Assembly: GCA_041811795.1 (NCBI GenBank)
Contig: JBGXRX010000153.1
Span: forward strand, 1-37,838
Length of the DNA: 37,838 bases
Source: Erysipelothrix sp.
GTDB lineage: Bacteria > Bacillota_I > Bacilli_A > Erysipelotrichales > Erysipelotrichaceae
Reading direction: 5' to 3'
Shown here one piece after another: positions 34,596 to 37,838 of this stretch (within the stretch, counting starts at the first letter, position 1; each line of letters begins with the position of its first letter). Under the pieces are notes generated by a model that had not been told where the DNA came from, made no database searches, and saw only the letters and a program-made list of their open reading frames with translations. The position numbers and the translations under genes were made by a program.

Positions 34596-36857
34596 CTACT
34601 CTATTATATTTAGATCAGAACCGAAAAGATTCTTGACCATTTTAAGTTTGACGTCTTTGTCATTTTCTTCTTCTTCCATTACTTTTACTTTAATTTCATC
34701 TGGACTAAGAGGACTTGGAAGCGAATTGCTTGCAGCTAATTCTCTAAATCGAGCGACTGCACTTGAGAACTCATCTCTAGTACAAGCATAAATTCTCTTC
34801 TCAGTGTTAAATAACATGCTAGAGAATCGTACAAGGTCCATATTATTGGATGGATCCATGATTTCGTTTACTTCGAGTTCTTGATCAAGACTAATCATTA
34901 CAAAATGATCACCAGATAGTACTAAATTACCATCTTTTAAGAGTCTTGCACATTTTGCCCATTCGAAGTCGTTGATGTAATTACTAATCTTCTTGTAATT
35001 GATCTCATCAATCATTCGAAGATCTTTATTAGCGCTAACCATATATTCTACGATTGATTCTACACCTAACTTGACTTCAACTTCTTCTGAAATTGTAATT
35101 TCTTCGATAGTATCCTCGATGATCAATGAGTCATCTTCTTCGCTACCATCATCATAATTGAATGTTGTTTCTGCATCACTAAGCAGATCGTTGTTATGGT
35201 CTTGCTGAAGATCAGAACCAGAATTTAACTTATTTACCATAGCCTGTAAATTTCCTTTTAGCTCTATTTCTAGACTTATCTGATCTTCTGATTCAAAGTT
35301 TAGGGAACTATTTACTTCTTCATGACTATTATCTAAGTTTGAAATTAATCCGCTCTCTGAACTGGATACTTTATTTTCTTCATCATTATAATTGCGATCT
35401 AAATGGCCTATGCTTGGATTATCAAGTGAATCTTCTTGAGTATGAACTGGAATATCCATACTTTCTTCACTTAAATCTAAAGATTCATTAGTAGATGGAA
35501 TCGGTTCACTGATGACCTCTGACTTATTATCAAAATCTTCATTATAATCTCGTTCAATATGTGGAGTTAAGTTCTCTTGGAATTTTGCTTCTGGAGTATG
35601 AACTGGAACATCCATATCTTCTTCGTCATTAGCTGTCATGGTTAATACCACATCTGCAGGTTTGATATTCTTCTCATGTGGTAATTGAATACTATTAGGA
35701 GTATAGGCATCTGTTGATGGTGCCTTATTCTCTTGTGGATATTCACTTTGTTTTTCAGATTCGACATGAACACTGCCTTCAGTAGTCTGACTAAATAATT
35801 TAATTAGAGCTATTTGGAAGTATGATTCTTGGCTATGAGAGTATTTCATCTTTTCTACATACTCAAGTAATGTTTCAATCATATTCATAAGAGTTTTAGT
35901 TGCGACTCTAGGAGCTAGGAATTCAATTAATGATATCTCACTGTATTTGGCGTGATCCAGACTCTTAGTATATTGGAAAATAACTGTATCTTTCATAGTC
36001 TCAACTAAATCCATAATCAATCTTTCAATATCTACTGAGTTTTCTAATAAAACTTCGATTTCATTGTTTAATCGACCCATATCAGGACTTAGGATGGCTT
36101 GAATTAATGAATATTTTTGTCTTGCAGTTACAACACCATTTAAATCATGAACTTGATCTAATGTAATAACTGGATTTGCTACGATGATTGCTTGTTCCAG
36201 AATCGTTAAAGCATTTCTCAGTGCACCATTCGATAGAGATGCAATAAGTTGGGTTACACCCTCCTCTGCTTTAACATCTTCTTCATTTAAAACATAATCA
36301 AGTCGACCAGAAATAGCCGGATTACTTAGGTTTGAGAAATCGAATCTTTGGCATCGTGAAACAATTGTTGGAATCACTTTATGTATTTCAGTAGTTGCTA
36401 AAACAAATACTGCATGCTCTGGTGGTTCTTCTAAAGTCTTAAGAAAAGCATTAAAAGCACCTGCCGTAAGCATGTGAACCTCATCTATAATATAGACTTT
36501 ATATTTTCCTAATATTGGAGTGTATTTGATTCTATCAATAAGACCTCTGATCTCATCAACCCCATTATTACTGGCAGCATCGATTTCAACGATATCTGGA
36601 TGAGTACCGGCTCTACCTTCGATGCAATTATTACATCTACCACAAGCTATCTCGCCTTGGGTTTCACAGTTAATTGATTGAGCAAAGAGCTTGGCAATTG
36701 ATGTCTTACCAGTACCTCTAGGACCACAGAAAAGATAGGCATGAGATATCATGTCTTTTCTTAAACTATTTTCTAGAACTTCTAGTATGTGTTTCTGACC
36801 TACAACCTCTGAAAGGTGTTGTGGTCTATATTTTCTATATAACGATTGATATGTCAT
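34596..36857 (-). CDS. dnaX: DNA polymerase III gamma/tau subunit with a long acidic linker
   Basis: LYRKYRP, GPRGTGKT, EIDAAS, IIDEVHML, LKTLEEPP and SRCQ motifs. Start at ATG 36857 after AGGTGA. Confidence 0.95.
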   Translation of the reverse strand: MTYQSLYRKYRPQHLSEVVGQKHILEVLENSLRKDMISHAYLFCGPRGTGKTSIAKLFAQSINCETQGEIACGRCNNCIEGRAGTHPDIVEIDAASNNGVDEIRGLIDRIKYTPILGKYKVYIIDEVHMLTAGAFNAFLKTLEEPPEHAVFVLATTEIHKVIPTIVSRCQRFDFSNLSNPAISGRLDYVLNEEDVKAEEGVTQLIASLSNGALRNALTILEQAIIVANPVITLDQVHDLNGVVTARQKYSLIQAILSPDMGRLNNEIEVLLENSVDIERLIMDLVETMKDTVIFQYTKSLDHAKYSEISLIEFLAPRVATKTLMNMIETLLEYVEKMKYSHSQESYFQIALIKLFSQTTEGSVHVESEKQSEYPQENKAPSTDAYTPNSIQLPHEKNIKPADVVLTMTANDEEDMDVPVHTPEAKFQENLTPHIERDYNEDFDNKSEVISEPIPSTNESLDLSEESMDIPVHTQEDSLDNPSIGHLDRNYNDEENKVSSSESGLISNLDNSHEEVNSSLNFESEDQISLEIELKGNLQAMVNKLNSGSDLQQDHNNDLLSDAETTFNYDDGSEEDDSLIIEDTIEEITISEEVEVKLGVESIVEYMVSANKDLRMIDEINYKKISNYINDFEWAKCARLLKDGNLVLSGDHFVMISLDQELEVNEIMDPSNNMDLVRFSSMLFNTEKRIYACTRDEFSSAVARFRELAASNSLPSPLSPDEIKVKVMEEEENDKDVKLKMVKNLFGSDLNIIE
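35313..35624 (-). repeat. Degenerate in-frame tandem duplication (156 bp / 52 aa period) in dnaX
   Basis: GAGTATGAACTGGAA-x-ATCCATA recurs near 35438 and 35594; protein EEDMDVPVHTPE..HIERDYNED versus EESMDIPVHTQE..HLDRNYNDE. Confidence 0.8.
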
Positions 36858-36873
36858 TTTATCACCTGCGTTT

Positions 36874-36882
36874 ATTATAACA
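36874..36882 (-). promoter_or_regulatory. Extended -10 (TGTTATAAT) upstream of dnaX
   Basis: Lies in the short tadA-dnaX gap, just upstream of the AGGTGA RBS. Confidence 0.6.
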
Positions 36883-36889
36883 TGCTTAG

Positions 36890-37792
36890 TCATTGAGTTT
36901 CGTTGCTTTGTTTGATTAAATTCTTGATCATGTCCTTATGATCAATATCTGCATCTAGGTATACTTCACCGATGACAACATAACCACTTTTTTCATAAAA
37001 AGGTATGGCACTTACCTGTGCTCCTAATTTAAGTTGATCAAAGCCATTATTTAGAGCCTGCTTCTCAGCATATGCCATCATTGCTTTACCAACACCAAAC
37101 TTCCTAAACTCTTTTAGTACAGCAACACGACCTACCTTAAGGGTTTTTCCATCTTTAATAAGTCGACTGGTTCCTACCATTTGGTTATCGATGTATGCAG
37201 CTATATGAGTAACAACATCAAGATTCAATTGGTCTAATTCATCGATTTCGATTTCAATGGGGACATTTTGCTCTTCAACAAATACCTTAGTACGGACATC
37301 TATATATTGTTGAAAATCCTCTTCACTTACCCTTTTAACTTTCACTTTTTCATTTCTTAAATCTTTAAAAAAATTTTTCATTAAAGTCACGCACTCCTCT
37401 TCTAATAGTCCACCTTTGACCTCTAAACGATGATTATAATCAAGCTTAGATAGATCGATAACTGAACCTAAGCTACCACTGTTAGCTTCCTTAGCTCCAT
37501 AGAAGACCTTACTACATTGAGATTGAATGAGCGCTCCCGCACACATTGGACAAGGTTCTACTGTTACATAAAGACTGCAGTTTTGAAGATTCCAGGAACC
37601 TAAATAAGTTGCAGCTTCCTTAATTGCTAGGATTTCTGCATGATCAATTGGGTTATGGTTTGCTTGCCGTTTATTGTAACCTTTTCCGATAATTTTACCA
37701 TCATAAGCGACGACTGCTCCTATCGGAATTTCTCTTTCATCATAAGCTTTCTTAGCAAGCACAAGTGCTTTTTTCATATACTTTTGATCCAT
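36890..37792 (-). CDS. tadA: tRNA adenosine(34) deaminase fused to a C-terminal ElaA/YjcF-like GNAT acetyltransferase
   Basis: N-terminal: EIPIGAV, HAE, TVEPCPMCAGA, FF-x-x-LR. C-terminal: R-x-x-VFVEEQ, GRVAV-x-x-x-x-R-x-x-GVG, AQ-x-x-A-x-x-FYEK-x-GY, IDH-x-x-M. AAGGAGG RBS. Confidence 0.9.
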   Translation of the reverse strand: MDQKYMKKALVLAKKAYDEREIPIGAVVAYDGKIIGKGYNKRQANHNPIDHAEILAIKEAATYLGSWNLQNCSLYVTVEPCPMCAGALIQSQCSKVFYGAKEANSGSLGSVIDLSKLDYNHRLEVKGGLLEEECVTLMKNFFKDLRNEKVKVKRVSEEDFQQYIDVRTKVFVEEQNVPIEIEIDELDQLNLDVVTHIAAYIDNQMVGTSRLIKDGKTLKVGRVAVLKEFRKFGVGKAMMAYAEKQALNNGFDQLKLGAQVSAIPFYEKSGYVVIGEVYLDADIDHKDMIKNLIKQSNETQ

Positions 37793-37817
37793 ATAAAAAC
37801 CTCCTTGTGTTTAGACT

Positions 37818-37826
37818 ATTATAACA
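37818..37826 (-). promoter_or_regulatory. Extended -10 (TGTTATAAT) of tadA-GNAT
   Basis: Plus strand attataaca, about 12 nt upstream of the RBS. Confidence 0.6.
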
Positions 37827-37838
37827 AGCATCTACTGA

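Noticed and set aside
34596-36857. Programmed frameshift in dnaX producing gamma
   Set aside because: No A-AAA-AAG or long A-run slippery site with a stimulator was noticed, and the frame is continuous.
1-37838. CRISPR arrays, IS elements, prophage, tRNA or rRNA genes
   Set aside because: No regularly spaced repeats, transposase or integrase ORFs, or RNA-gene-sized unexplained gaps; the only large intergenic stretches are explained by the T-box and the IIB pseudogene.

Overview
Low-GC Firmicute chromosomal segment, tentatively Erysipelotrichaceae/Erysipelothrix-like (inferred from composition and gene style, not verified). It uses genetic code 11 and most genes lie on the minus strand. The backbone is a reshuffled set of genes that flank oriC in Bacillus: tadA-dnaX-recR, mnmG-rsmG-noc-soj-spo0J, mnmE-tatD, and yabE-rnmV-ksgA-ispE-glmU-prs. 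About 13.5 kb separates tatD from the yabE-like gene. This interval holds a QueT transporter, a Met-specific T-box-controlled M20 hydrolase-metNIQ operon, and a large peptidoglycan-sugar salvage locus. That locus contains a cellobiose-family PTS IIC and IIB, MupG, a MurK-like kinase, MurR, MurQ, AnmK and an unannotated IIB pseudogene, with a cre site and candidate MurR operators. Also present are a YtrA-type GntR-ABC operon with its operator and a nadK-DUF3137x2-lemA unit. The oddities most worth following up are three parallel routes to MurNAc-6P including AnmK, a GlmU and neighbouring IspE with substituted substrate-binding motifs, a TadA-GNAT fusion, a cysteine-free minimal sirtuin next to mnmE, a Noc without an N-terminal membrane helix, a 52-aa duplication in DnaX, and candidate leaderless genes. 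No integrase, transposase, CRISPR array, tRNA or rRNA was seen. All calls rest on motif reading by eye.
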